Below are positions 39,160 through 52,500 of a DNA stretch of 64,000 nt, in pieces (position 1 is the first letter of the stretch; each line of letters begins with the position of its first letter). Source of the DNA: Dipteris shenzhenensis (lineage: Eukaryota). A program made the position numbers and the translations under genes. The DNA is taken from NCBI GenBank assembly GCA_047967505.1, contig CM106538.1. One strand, given 5' to 3'. A model generated the notes under the pieces. The model was given only the letters and a program-made list of their open reading frames with translations, was not told where the DNA came from and did not search any database.

Positions 39160-39390
39160 CTTATCTTCGAGTCAAGGGCTGAAAGAATGCAAGTTCTTAG
39201 ACAATCCAACAAGTTGAAAGGTCTACAAGTGTGGATTGTAGAGTAACTCACAAAGAATCAGCTAAGGAACAAAAGCTTAGAACTAGCAAAGGTGAAGGTG
39301 GCTAGAAAAGAAGGCAAATGGGTTGTCTATGAAGATGGCAAGGCTTTGATCAAGGATTTTAAAGTTAAAACGACAGACCTTCAGTTATAG
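39160..39390 (+). pseudogene. LINE ORF1-like C-terminal relic
   Basis: ERMQVLRQSNKLKGLQVWIVE*LTKNQLRNKSLELAKVKVARKEGKWVVYEDGKALI; homologous to 8845-9110. Confidence 0.5.
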
Positions 39391-41904
39391 CTGATGTATG
39401 GTCTACATTTGTTTTCTTCTTCTTTGGTTTATTGGTTGAACTAGGTGTAAAGGGAATTTGACATGGTTATAACTTTTCTTTTGAGACACAAGGCAAAAAC
39501 ATTTTTTTTCTCAAAAAAATAAAAAACTACACCATAAGGAGAAGTGTTTGATGTAAGGAAGAGATTCTATACAAGGAGGAATTCATAGATTGTTGTCAAT
39601 GCTCCGGTCGGTGTGAGCTGCAAGATATCATTAATTGCTAACATGGAGGCTCAAATAGTCCTAAAGAACCAGCCATATATTGATACCTTGCAACATTTGA
39701 AGTCCCAATAACTTAATTTTGGGCAACCAAGTAAGCCAGCCCCAAGACTTATGAAAGGTCATGCAGATCGCCAAAATAGAAATGTAAGTATTCCTACTTT
39801 TTTATTGCTATATTTGTCCATGAAATTTTTAAATATATATTTTTTTCAAGTTTCAAGTTTGTTTCCTCACTTATTTTAGAGAATGGATCTAATGCCACCA
39901 CACTAGTGCCATTCTGACTCTACTCTCTTTGCAGACAGTGATCTTGTCACCACAATGTAAATATCTTGAGTCAAAGTACAGTTGACCATTTATCTGATCA
40001 TAATTAAAGAGTTTTCATATGTGTTAATTATGGTTAAAGAGTTCTTTTAATTGGTCAAAGAAGTGAATACGGTCAAAGGTACTTGAATCTGATCAAGTAA
40101 GCCTGATTTCAGTCAGGGAGACTTGGTTTATTACCAAGAGGGTTAACTGTGGTTAACCAGAGAACCACAAAGCTAACTACGATCAGAGAGTGTTGACTTC
40201 GGTCAATGATACTTGGCATACGCCAAGAGGGTTAACTATGGTTAACCAAGATGTGCCAACTTCGGTTGGAGAGTTGTGGACTTGGAGTGGGTCGCTTGGG
40301 CAGGAATTGGTACATCGATCCCTCCATCATCTTATAGACCCCAGAGGGAGCGGTATGATGCCTTTGGATTTGGGAGGTTATACTCTTATGTGACATTCAG
40401 TGGGACCCAGGAGAGTGGTTTTGGCACATGGTATAGGACACTCAGACTGGATAGAGGTCTCCTTCTCGTATACCACTCGCATCGGCCATCGTCTATAACT
40501 AGAGGCAACAACATGGTCCCCTTCGAGGGAGAGACACTCGATAGAGCAAGATGTCCCAACAGAGGTCATAGGCCAATTTTCACCCCATATTTGGATGAGT
40601 TAGCATCCGCAAAAGATCCCTTACTTCTTCTGGTTGTTGGCGCAGGGTCTACCCATCAGCCCCTGGCTAGAGCAGATGCAGGTTGATGGCAGATGCATTG
40701 GTTGTAGGGAGGGAGTTTTGGAAACCATCCCGCACTATTTCTGAGGCTGCCACGCTGCACAGTGGATTTAGTTGACGACCCTCAGGATTGTTGCTAGCAT
40801 ACAGATGACGAGCAAGGATTTCATGTGGGGGATGGTGGCCTAGCTCATGGAGGGAGGCCACGCCTTTGCGATCGACCCTGTCACGCTGGCTTACAAGATA
40901 CATGGACAGCAGGCTTCCTGGATTGAGATCCATGACACACTTCAGCCCACCTGTTCATGCCCACCAGCTCTCTCGGAGGATGGTGTTTCGGAGACCGAAC
41001 CGTCCTAGCATCATTGCCTAGAACGTATGGGTGGTTAGATGCAGCAAGGTGATGAGGCGCCAGTTGATCCCTTCGACGGCTACTCTAGTAGCCATCTGGT
41101 AGGATATTATCTTCACATTGTAGGCCATTTGGGAGCACGGTACTCCAAGCTCGAGAGTGACTGTCGAGAGGCAGGAGCGCTTCTTGCCAGACATGGTCGG
41201 TAGGAGTTTTCTACACCCTTTTGGTGAGGGGTACTATTTGGGAATATAGACCACTATGGTTGCTAGCTCCTGTTTTGGACTCTCTATAGGTGATGAACTG
41301 TGAGATTCGGAAACAAATGGTTGTTCTTGTAGCTAACAACCGTTTCTTTTCTTGGTTTTCATCAACAACTCTTGTTGGAAGCTGGTTGTATGGTTTTTTC
41401 AAGCATTAATAGAATTTACTTCTTCATGCCAAAAAAAATAGGAGGAGGAGGAGCAAAGTGCTCACCACAGAGCATCCACGGCAATGGATTGCTATGGATT
41501 TTTAAATTCTTTGGTGAAGCTTGTTTAACTCAGATTGCTGCAATATATTCTCGGGCATTTTGTGAACTGTTCTACCCCTGTCTCTCTCTCTTGAGTTTGG
41601 GTTCTATCTTGTGGAGACATAAGGCCAAAAGTTTTGAATTACAACATTCCCTGCTCCTCTCATAGGTTATTCCATTGCACACACCTTAGCCATCTATTGT
41701 ACCACGACGTGGAAAAACTAGCCACAAAGAGTAGGTTTTTTTCCAACACGTGAGTCTTGGCTGTGATCTAGCCCAGAAGTTCAAATACTGGCTGCCAGGG
41801 CTTCACTCTCGCTTGGAGAACCGCCACCATAGTACCGAAACACCAAGCAAGGGCTCCCATGGATACTTGGAACTACCGCAATCTCATGATGGCCAAGAGT
41901 GCAT

Positions 41905-43056
41905 ACTAGAGATAGATCAATACCTTCACAGAGGCACAGGGGCAATGGCCTTTGGGATAGGTTAGGTTCCAGAGACAGCACTCTACGCTATACCATTCTT
42001 AAAGACTAGATAATCTAATGAGGAAATTGCCTTATACAATTTAACATCATTTAATATTTCAGCATTCTAATGAAACGTAGTCACTAGTAGGGATTGTAAA
42101 AATGTACGCATTATGCCTTTCACATGGCACATACCAAATGAGTTGGAGACCAAATCTTGCGTGGATGTACATCTAGGGTAGCCTAAGAGCCGTGCAGAAT
42201 TTGATCCCCAATAGACAAGTCCACATGCATATTTGGTTAGTACGTGCACCATTTTTCATGCGTAGTCACTAGTAGGGATTGTAAAAATGTAGCATTATAC
42301 CTTCCACGTGGCACATACCAAATGAGTTGGAGACCAAATCTTGCGTGGATGTAGGTCTAGGGTAGCCTAAGAGCTGTGCAGAGTTTCATCCCCAACAGAT
42401 AAGTCAAGATGCATATTTGGTTAGTACGTGTGCCATTTTTCATACGTAGTCACTTGTAGGGAGTGCTTGCAAAAATGTATGCATTATACCTTCCACATGG
42501 CACATACCAAATCAGTTGGAGACCAAATCTTGCATGGATGTAGGTCTAGGGTAGCCTAAGAGCCGTGCAAAGTTTCATCCCCAATAGATAAGTCCATGTG
42601 CATATTTGGTTAGTACGTGCGCCATTTTTCATACGTAGTCACTAGTAGGGATTGTAAAAATGATGCATTATACTTTCCACGTGACACATACCAAATCAGT
42701 TGGAGACCAAATCTTGCATGGATGTAGGTCTAGGGTAGCCTTAGAGCTGTGCAAAGTTTCATCCCCAACAGATAAGTCCATGTGCGTATTTGGTTAGTAC
42801 ATGCACCATTTTTCATGCGTAGTCACTAGTAGGGATTGTAAAAATGTACACATTATACCTTCCATGTGGCACCAAGATATATGGGTCTATACTAGAGAGA
42901 GATCAATATCTTCACAAAGGCACAAGGTTAATAGGCTTTGGGATAGGCTAGGTTCCAGAGATAGCACTCTACTCTATATCATTATTCATAGACTAGATAA
43001 TCTACTAAGGAAGTTACCTTATACAAACATCATTGTATATTTAAACATCTAATGAA
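41905..43056. repeat. ~185-bp tandem repeat (about 4.3 copies) flanked by ~170-bp direct repeats
   Basis: CGTAGTCACT(A/T)GTAGGGA at about 42076, 42261, 42446, 42634 and 42818. Flanks ATACTAGAGA..GATCAATA...CTAATGAA at 41905-42073 and 42888-43056. Confidence 0.9.
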
Positions 43057-44129
43057 CAAAAATTTAATCTTGCAATTGAAGATGGAGATAAATGACATTC
43101 ATCAATGTGTATCTCAAAACACATGAAAGTCTCTCATACCCCCAATCTAGATTCATTCCATTAATTTATGCCGCAATCACACAAAAAAAGGTAAAGTCTC
43201 CTTATCATGATCATGTACAAAGACTTAGCATTGACCTTTAAAGTATCTTTTGCATCATTGAACCGAAATTATATCATATCCATAAGTTCATTGTATGAAA
43301 AGATAAAATCTCATTACAATCTTGGATCTGCAACTATTCGGCTAGAGACCATATACAATCCATGCACGGCCACACGATCAAATGGCCATCGACGATCCAT
43401 GTAGAGTGCCAAAAATGCATCGTGGGATCTCTATAATCATCCAATGGCCTGCGATCAACCCTTTTTATGGCAATTAGATCTTACAAAGATCTAATGGTTA
43501 TTAGCCAACCCGCCTTGTGGGAGTCACCCGCCATCAACGACATTAACGAAAGACAGTAGCTCCCCATGGCCATTGGATCATGTATGATCCAATGGATCAT
43601 ATTGATCCATTGAATTCCATTTACCCTTTAACATGTAATTCGATTTACATGGAGTGGGACCATTTTCTCCACCAATGAGGAGGAAGGAGAAATCCTCCAT
43701 GTTTTTAATACTCCAGCCTCCTCATTGGCCTAGAGGTTAATCCAAATTCTTAAGGGCCTAATGCAAGAGGCCCTTTATGAGTACAAAGTTCCCAGAATGG
43801 CATCGCCATGTTCTCGCTTGCCATGAACACCACCAAAAAGTTCCACATTGTGTCTCATGAGCTTGCGGTGGATGGTTCACACTTGGGCTACGCACTCAAA
43901 ACACACACAAGGCCAAGAAATTTTCTTTCAAAATTCAGAAGGCCTCTTTTTAATGGGACTTCATCCTCACACCATTATTAGAATGCGACATGATACTGCA
44001 GATCTAGTGGTTCCATTCCTTCAAGATTGTCAAAGCATCACTTGAACGGTATTTCTCTGATTTCCCACATCCAAGTAGCCCGAGCTGTTCACAAAGGTGT
44101 AATGTGTGCACTAGTGTAAGTCCGCTGCC

Positions 44130-44374
44130 TCAGGGGGGTCACTATGTATAAACCCTCTATATCACGTGCGTTCAAGGCCTATATTTAAAGTCCCTTATCC
44201 GTAAAAAATTTCATTAATAAAATGTACCCCTTTTCTATACAAATCTGTAAATTTTTTCCAAAATTATTTTAGATAGTCCCTTATGTATATTTATTTCTGT
44301 AAATTTTAGAAATAAAAAAAATCCTTCTGTTGAACTCACGTGATAGGGTTACATATGATGAGTGATCCCCCCGA
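44130..44374. mobile_element. MITE with 10-bp TSD (Mutator-like by TSD length)
   Basis: GTCCGCTGCC at 44120-44129 and 44375-44384. Imperfect TIRs TCAGGGGGGTCAC...TATCACGTG.GTTCAA; AT-rich core. Confidence 0.75.
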
Positions 44375-44419
44375 GTCCGCTGCCAACTGAATTCAATGTA
44401 GCCAGCTCCTCGTTTGGGG

Positions 44420-45960
44420 TAGGCCATGGCTAATCTCATCCAAGATTTTCAAGATATCATGCTCCAGGACGATCCACCACCACAGCTTCTGCCTCACAAA
44501 CTCGAGGATCATCGCATTGAGTTAGTCCCAGGCTCTACCCCTCCCAGTAAGTTTTTGTATCAATTGGAGGCAAAGTTAGAACAACAGCTCACTCAGTTAT
44601 TACGTACTCGATTTATCCAACCATCCTTATCGCCTTTTGAGGCTCCAATTTTATTTGTCTAGAAAAAGGATAAGTCAGCACGATTATGGGTCGACTACAA
44701 GGCACTCAATAAAATTATGAGTAGCAATAAGTTTCCAATGTCCTGCATAGAGTACATCTTAAAGCGCTTGAACGGTGCAAATATTTTTCTACGATAGACC
44801 TTAAGAGCGGTTATCATCAGGTCTGAATATTTGATGCGGACATCCCAAAGACAACATTCAAGATAGAGAGAGCTCATTACAAGTTTGTGGATGTTCTCAC
44901 TGGGCATATAACAATGTGCCTATTCATCATTTTAGATGATATCTCGATCTTCTCAACCACACACTTAAAGGATGTGCGAAAAGCTCTCCAGCTTCTATGC
45001 AACAATCAATTATATTTAACTGCCAGAAAGAGTGAGTTCAAACTGATAGAAATCCTATATCTGGGTTATATCATCAATGCCAATGGCATTAGCTTGGACC
45101 TCGAAAATGCTTAAGCAATTGCAAGCTAGACAATCCCCATGACAACTCAAGAGATTCGATCTTTTGTAGGGCTTTGTTAGGTCTACAACTCTCACATGCC
45201 CAATTTCTCCACCACATCAGCACCCTTAACAGATCTACTAAAAGTGATTAAGACACGTAGGCAAAAGATTTCTATCAAAGCGCAGCTTTGCAAGCCTTCC
45301 ACGATCTGCAGTGGTTCGCCACTACAGCTCCTATTATGACAATAGCATCTTGAGATGATCCATTCTTGGTCATCACAAATGCAAGCAATGTGGCCATCCA
45401 GGATAGTTTTACACCAAAAAGAAAGACTTGTGGCATACTATAGCAGAAATCTCAATGATGCTAAAAAGAATTGCTCGGTCTAAGACAAATAACTACTCGG
45501 CATGATCTAAGCATTGAAGCACTGGAAGCCGTTCCTTCTTGGATGGACTTTCATGGTCAAAACAAACCATCAAGCCTTACAATGGCTGCAAACAAACGGC
45601 TAGCACAGAAGACGTAGCTTGCTTATTTATCAAGTATTGGTATCCGATTGGAGGATTGCCATGGACCATTACTATGGACATGGATTCCAAATTCACCTTG
45701 CATCTCAGGAGAGAGCTCCAAATGTCCAATGCATTCGATCCACAAATTGACGGGCAATCAGAGGCATGTAATCAATTGGCATTTGACATACTAAAATATT
45801 ATTGTCATGATGCTCAGTTAAAGTGGGAGTAATACACTTGGTATCTAAAGGGGATTCCAAATTCACCTCGCATCTCTGGAGAGCCTTGTTCGAAAACTTT
45901 CGTACCAAGCTCCAGATGTCCAATGCATTCCATCCACAAATTGACAGGCAATCAAAGGGA
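44420..45960 (+). pseudogene. Ty3/Gypsy pol relic (RT, RNase H, integrase)
   Basis: DHRIELVPGS, FIQPSLSPFEAPILFV, VDYKALNK, DLKSGYHQ, LDDI.IFS, YLGYII, ITMDMDSKFT, PQIDGQSE. Confidence 0.88.
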
Positions 45961-46149
45961 GGTGCACCCTGATTGGCTTCCTTAGTGTGGTGATAAGGCC
46001 CTTTACACACCTCGTCCTCCCTTCACCTCTCTCTAATGCAACTCCATTGTATGCCTGCAGACAACAAAAGCCTCTTTAATTGCCTTGCACAGTGGTCTAC
46101 ATTTACCGTGTGGGCTATGACCAATGTACATCAAAAGTTTACATGTAAG

Positions 46150-47000
46150 TGCATGATCAGGCATGCGAATACCCAATGTGAAATATTGTAGGCATCAAAG
46201 AAACATTGCACCATTTTGTTGATAGTGCAAATAAGGTAAAAAATGTCTAGATGTGGAATTGATCTTCCTTTATTTGCAAAACTCTGCAACTTTGGTGTAA
46301 GCCAGTGTTTTCAAGCATGGTCTTGCTCATGACTACAAAATCCATCGTTGCCAATCTTTTGAACTATCATCTTGTAGGTGCTTCAATCTTTTGAAAGCCT
46401 TTCTACGCTCCTCTAAAAGATGTTGTGCCATTCTCCAATCCATGATTCCAAAACGACATGCACCACTTTGAGTAAAATCAAGCAAGATGTTGCTAGGATG
46501 CAAGTCTATGTGAAACCGTTAGGCCTGATGGGATAGTGCTAGTCTAGCCATGAGAGCATGGATAAGATGATGCAATTAGCACAAAGAAAAGTCAATTCTT
46601 TGCAGCATGTCTTTTGAGCCTTTGATTGCATCCTCTAGTTCTTCTTCTACTTGTGACACCTTCTTTGCTCCTCCCTTCACGTGTGCATCAACTAAAGGAC
46701 CCTTCATTAAATGACAGCTAGAGGAAAAATTGTGACAGGCTCCCACCATGGAATATGGTGTGATTGTCCAAGGGGGCTCTTCTAAGGTAGCAACAACAAC
46801 TCTTGTGAGCACAGGGTGTGCTATTTGCATTGCCACCTCTCTTTGTGCTTCTCATCTATATGAGCACCAACATTGCCCTATACTACTTGCCAGCATACTA
46901 GTAGTGTTGTAACAAACTGAGACAGCCTACTAGACAAACCCAATCGATGATCTCACAATTTCTTTACCTCAAAAGATCTCTTGCTCTATGATAAATGTCA
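46150..47000 (-). pseudogene. Protein kinase domain pseudogene
   Basis: In order across frames: YAGK (subdomain II), EAQREVAMQIAHP (III/IV), PY..GGSL (V), HIDLHPSNILL (VIb), FGIMDWRMA (VII), HWLTPKL (VIII), LDIFYL (IX). Confidence 0.7.
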
Positions 47001-49037
47001 CAAAAATCACATTCTTATGTGACTAGGTTGCTACTTTAGCTTTTATGTGGTACATCTAAGAATGCTTCCTTTCAAGACTACATCCTGTCCTTTCTCCTCT
47101 TGCCTAGTTCGCGTCTCTACCATTCCAAACCTTAAGGCCAACTTCTTCTCCTAGCTCTCAATTCTACGGCCCTTCTAATGGAATAGTCACATAAGAAATG
47201 TGAATTTTGCAACATTTATCATAGCAAGAGATCTTGTGAAGTTTGGAGGATGTTACTTTTATGCACAACCCATAATGCATCCAATACTGCATTGACATCA
47301 TTACCAAATAATGCTCTTTTAATACACATTTCCTCAAACTGTACATGTACACTACTAATTTGGGATTCAAGCCAAAGAAATGTATCAGACTTCCAATTCA
47401 CCATGCTAACAAGCTCACAGGTTGGGGCATCTTGTTATAGCATATTGTTTGTGTCATTGTATAACCTTTATCTTGAAATTACACAACCTATTAGTGCTTT
47501 CTATTATGCTCTAAAATGACTTCTTAAGCTTGGAAACAATCAAACATGGGGTGTGATTTCTTGAGAATGGTTATGAATTGACCACCCTGTGGGATCAGAG
47601 GACCTTGGCAAGATATTTTATTGTTGGGTGTGCCAATTAGGGTGGGGCATTTTGAAATCTTTAGAAGAATTTGCCACGGATGTAGAGGGAAAGTCCACGG
47701 TGTCATTTTGATAGGCCGGAGAGCATTGGGCGACTCTCTTAGTAGGTCACTATGGCTCTCTTATTAGGCACTAAAGGAGGGGCTTGCGATGGTGGAAAGT
47801 TATCCCAAAATTGTCAAAAATCTTGTGACAAAAGGCTTGAAGACGTTTAGGGAGATTTGGGACCCGAAAATGGGAAGTGGATGCCCATGGAAAGCATTAC
47901 CAGTAGATTTTTCTCTCTAGTTGGGAAACATCTATGATGAGAGACTTCATGGGGAGAATCAAGGAAGACTGGCCGACTAGTTGCTCTCTAAAACATACTG
48001 ATGACTTCAGAGGATTTGCAATGCCTTTAGGAAAGTTGCTTTATAGGTGCTCTCCAAAAGACTTGAGACCTCCAATGTCCTTTTGGGCACTCTCAAAATT
48101 ACGCATACTGTGGAAGTTGCACGCTTCGTGGAATCACCCTCCCCCAAAAGAAACCCTACATACACGCATTGAAAAGTGAGTGATCATTGGTCTTTGCTCA
48201 CATCTCCTTGGATCCATTCGAGTCTTGAAGGGAGCCTAAGGTTTGAGTGATTAATGTGATGCTAACATATTCCAATATTGCCCATTCCACCAATAATGGT
48301 ATTGGACCCAATGTGTTTGACAAGTAAAAACACATGTTATCATGCGAGTAATGGCTAGTGGGGGTAATGAAACATTTGTGTTGCATCAAAATCATGAAAG
48401 TGACTTGCACCATAAGATGGTTGACAAATTGTAAATATGCAATGGGACCAACAATGGTGAATGAACATGATTACTCTTGGTGGTGGGCTGTACTAGAGAT
48501 TGGGCAACCATGTGATGTTGATTGGCTATTGATGTGAAGAAACAAATACAAAGACCTTTTCCCACACCATTTGAACTTGAGTTGCAAAAGAGTCCCATTC
48601 AAGAACCCTCAAATTTAGTCAAAAGATCCACTCTCTCCTTCGTATAATACCCTTGGAAACCAATGATTTCGCTGAAGTCCCCACTCGGCTCGCCTATTAT
48701 CTGAAGTTCAAACCATTGTTTTTTCACATGCCTACTTCTCACTATTGATTACTCTTTATCCAAGTTTTAACTTGGAGTCACACACCAGCCCCCTTTAAAC
48801 TAGGCCTTAAACTCACACCCTAGACTAAGACATATGAATTACTATTATAAATTTGCAAATATTTCAATAACAATCCAAATAACTTATGGTCCTTCAAACT
48901 TCACATGAAAAAGTTTTTTATTTTTTAATTGCAACCCCCAAAACCTTCCAATTTTATTTTTCATTGTTTAGCAATTCTCACATGACACCCAAGACGTTCA
49001 TTATATAAAAGCCCCATACAATGATGTGTGCATTGAA

Positions 49038-49250
49038 GGGGTATTTATATACCCCTTATATCGCTTATGTATATATATTTCATGTAAGTCCACAAGATTG
49101 TTGCAGAATGCATGTGCTATCAAAGATATTGCTCAGTGAAATTGGGATTTATATACCCCTTATATCCCTTATGTATATATATTTTGTGCAAGTCCACAAG
49201 ATTGTTGCAGAATGCATGTGCTATCAAAGATATTGCTTAGTGAGATTGAA
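49038..49250. repeat. ~105-bp tandem duplication
   Basis: ATTTATATACCCCTTATATC...CAAAGATATTGCT.AGTGA occurs twice. Confidence 0.85.
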
Positions 49251-49545
49251 ATCCCAGTGGCAGTGGGCCCCAGTCGCACTGGGCACCCTCTCTATGTTGT
49301 AGACTGGAATAGTCACTCATGATGTGTTTCCTGAATTCCTAGTTTTGCACGCTCCACCTTTTGACCGAAGTTGCAAGAAGAGTGCAAGGAAGAAAGAAAT
49401 GGTCAAGAGGGATAGAAGATGAAGTAGTGAAGGAAATGGAATAGTGGAGGCTTGAGATTGCAAGGGAGAACAAAACGTTCGAGAGGGATATCAGAGGAAA
49501 CGGTTAAGGGAATGGAATAGTCAAGTAACTGTCAAGGTGAGAACC

Positions 49546-52500
49546 AATCGACTTACATGCAAAGTGGCACTCCCATCCCATAAGTGCTTAATCGGATTAC
49601 ATACCTTGGAGCGTGTTTTTTTATGGATGTGCATGACACTAGAGCAAAAATAGTATTTATTGCTCGATCGATCATGCAAAGGATATCCGATGGGCACAAA
49701 ACTTTTCGTACACCTCAACCTAGGTGGTATTGGAATGTTCTCAAAGAGGCACACCCATCCGATAAGTACTTGGTCAGATAACACACCTAAGGGCGTGTTT
49801 TTTTGCGGATGTGCATATCACTCGGGAAAAAATGGTGTATAATGCATGATCGACCATGGAAAGCATATCTGATGGTGACAATACTTTGCACCCACCTCAA
49901 CGTAGTTGAAATAGACTTGCGTGCAAAGTGGAGCCCTCATCCGGTAAGTACTTGTTGAAATAACACGCCTAGGACCGTGTTTTTTCATGGTTATGCATGA
50001 CAGTAAGGATAAAACGGTGTTTTATGCTTGATCGACAATGCAAAGCATATCCGATGGGCACAATACTTTGCACACACCTTCAACTAGGTGGAATCAACTT
50101 ACATGCAAAGTGGCATGCCCATCCCATAAGTGCTTGATTGGATAACATACCTAGCAGCGTGTTTTTTTACGGATGTGCATGACACTAGAGCAAAAATAGT
50201 ATTTAATGCTCGATCGACCATGCAAAGGATATCCGATGGGCACAACACTTTTCATACACCTCAACCTAGGTGGTATTGAAATGTTGTCAATGAGGCACTC
50301 CCATCCGATAAGTACTTGGTCAGAAAACACACCTAATGGCGTGTTTTTTTGTGGATGTCCATTTCACTAGGGAAAAAATGGTGTATAATGCTTGATGGAC
50401 CATGCAAAGCATATCCGATGGTGACAATACTTTGCATGCACCTCAATGTAGTTGAAACAGACTTGCGTGCAAAGTGGAGCCCCCATCCGATAAGTACTTA
50501 TTTGAATAGCACACCTACGTCCACGTTTTTTGACAGTTGTACATGACACTAAGGCCAAAAACGGTGTATAATGCGTGATCGACCATGCAAATCATATCCA
50601 ATGGTGAAAATACTTTGCACGCACCTTAATGTAGTTGAAACAGACTTGCGTGCAAAGTGGAGCCCCCATCCGATAAGTACTTGTTTGAATAACACACTTA
50701 GGACCGTGTTTTTTCATGGTTGTGCATGACACTAAGGGAAAAACGGTGTTTTAGGCTTGATCGACAATGCAAAGCATATCCGATGGCACAATACTTTGCA
50801 CACACCTTCAACTAGGTTGAATTCACTTACATGCAAAGTGGCACGCCCATCCCCTAAGTGCTTGATCGGATAACATACCTAGCATCGTGTTTTTTTACGG
50901 ATGTGTATGACACTAGAGCAAAAATAGTATTTAATGCTCGATCGACCATGCAAAGGATATCTGATGGGCAAAATACTTTTCGTACACCTCAACCTAGGTG
51001 GTATTAAAATGTTCTCAATGAGGCACACCCATTCGATAAGTATTTGGTAAAATAACACACCTAATCGCGTGTTTTTTTGCGGATGTGCATACCACTAGGG
51101 AAAAAACGGTGTATAATGCGTGATCGACCATGCAAATCATCTCCGATGGTGAGAGTACTTTGCACACACCTCAACGTAGTTGAAACGGACTTGCGTGAAA
51201 AGTGGAGCCCCCATCCGATAAGTACTTGTTTGAATAACACACCTAGGACCGTGTTTCTTCATGGTTGTGCATGACACTAAGGCAAAAACGGTGTTTTATG
51301 CTTGATAGACAATGCAAAGCATATCCGATGGGCACAATACTTTGCACACACCTTTAAATAGGTGGAATTGACTTACATGCAAAGTGGCACACCCATCCCA
51401 TAAGTGCTTGATCGGATAACATACCTAGCAGCGTGTTTTTTTACGGATGTGCATGACACTATAGCAAAAATAGTATTTAATGGTCGATCGACCATGCAAA
51501 GGATATCCGATGGGCACAATATTTTTTGTACACCTCAACCTAGGTAGAATTGAAATGTTCTCAAAGAGGCACACCCATCCGATAAGTACTTGGTCAGATA
51601 ACACACCTAAGGGCGTGTTTTTTTGCGGATGTGCATATCACTAGGGAAAAAATGGTGTATAATGCGTGATCGACCATGTAAAGCATATCCGATGGTGACA
51701 ATAATTTGCAAGTACCTCAACATAGTTAAAATGGACTTGCATACAAAGTGGAGCCCCCATCCGATAAGTACTAGTTTGAATAACAGACCTAGGACCGTGT
51801 TTTTTCATGATTGTGTATGACACTAAGGCAAGAACGGTGTTTTATGCTTGATCGACAATGCAAAGCATATCCGATGGGCACAATACTTTGCACACACCTT
51901 TAACTAGGTGGAATTGACTTACATGCAAAGTGGCACGCCCATCCCATAAGTGCTTGATCAGATAACATACCTAGCAGCGTGTTTTTTTACGGATGTGCAT
52001 GACACTAGAGCAAAAATAGTATTTAATGCTCGATCGACCATGCAAAGGATATTCGATGGGCACAACACTTTTCGTACATGTCAACCTAGGTGGTATTGAA
52101 ATGTTCTCAATGAGGCACACCCATCCGATAAGTACTTGGTCAGATAACACACCTAATGGGGTGTTTTTTTACGGATGTCCATATCACTAGGGAAAAAATG
52201 GTGTATAATGCGTGATGAACCATGCAAAGCATATCCGATGGTGACAATACTTTGCACGCACCTCAACATAGTTTAAAAGGATTTGCGTGCAAAGTAGAGC
52301 CCCCGTCCGCCGATAAGTACTTATTTGAATAACACACCTACAGCCGTGTTTTTATATGGTTGTGCATGACACTAAGGCAAAAACGGTGTTTTATGCTTGA
52401 TCGACAATGCAAAGCATATCTGATGGGCACAATACTTTTCACACACCTTCAACTAGGTGGAATTGACTTACATGCAAAGTGGCACGCCCATCGCATAAGT

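Noticed and set aside
40190-41250. GC-richer stretch with short ORFs and GGTTAAC palindromes upstream
   Set aside because: Probably a decayed retroelement region, but I recognise no motif to support a call.
47520-48800. Possible further LINE fragments
   Set aside because: Only a vague compositional resemblance; no diagnostic motif.
49296-49545. Possible left end of copy 3
   Set aside because: No AACAC-type TIR preceded by AAAA; it looks like an unrelated, possibly LTR-derived fragment joined to a truncated array.
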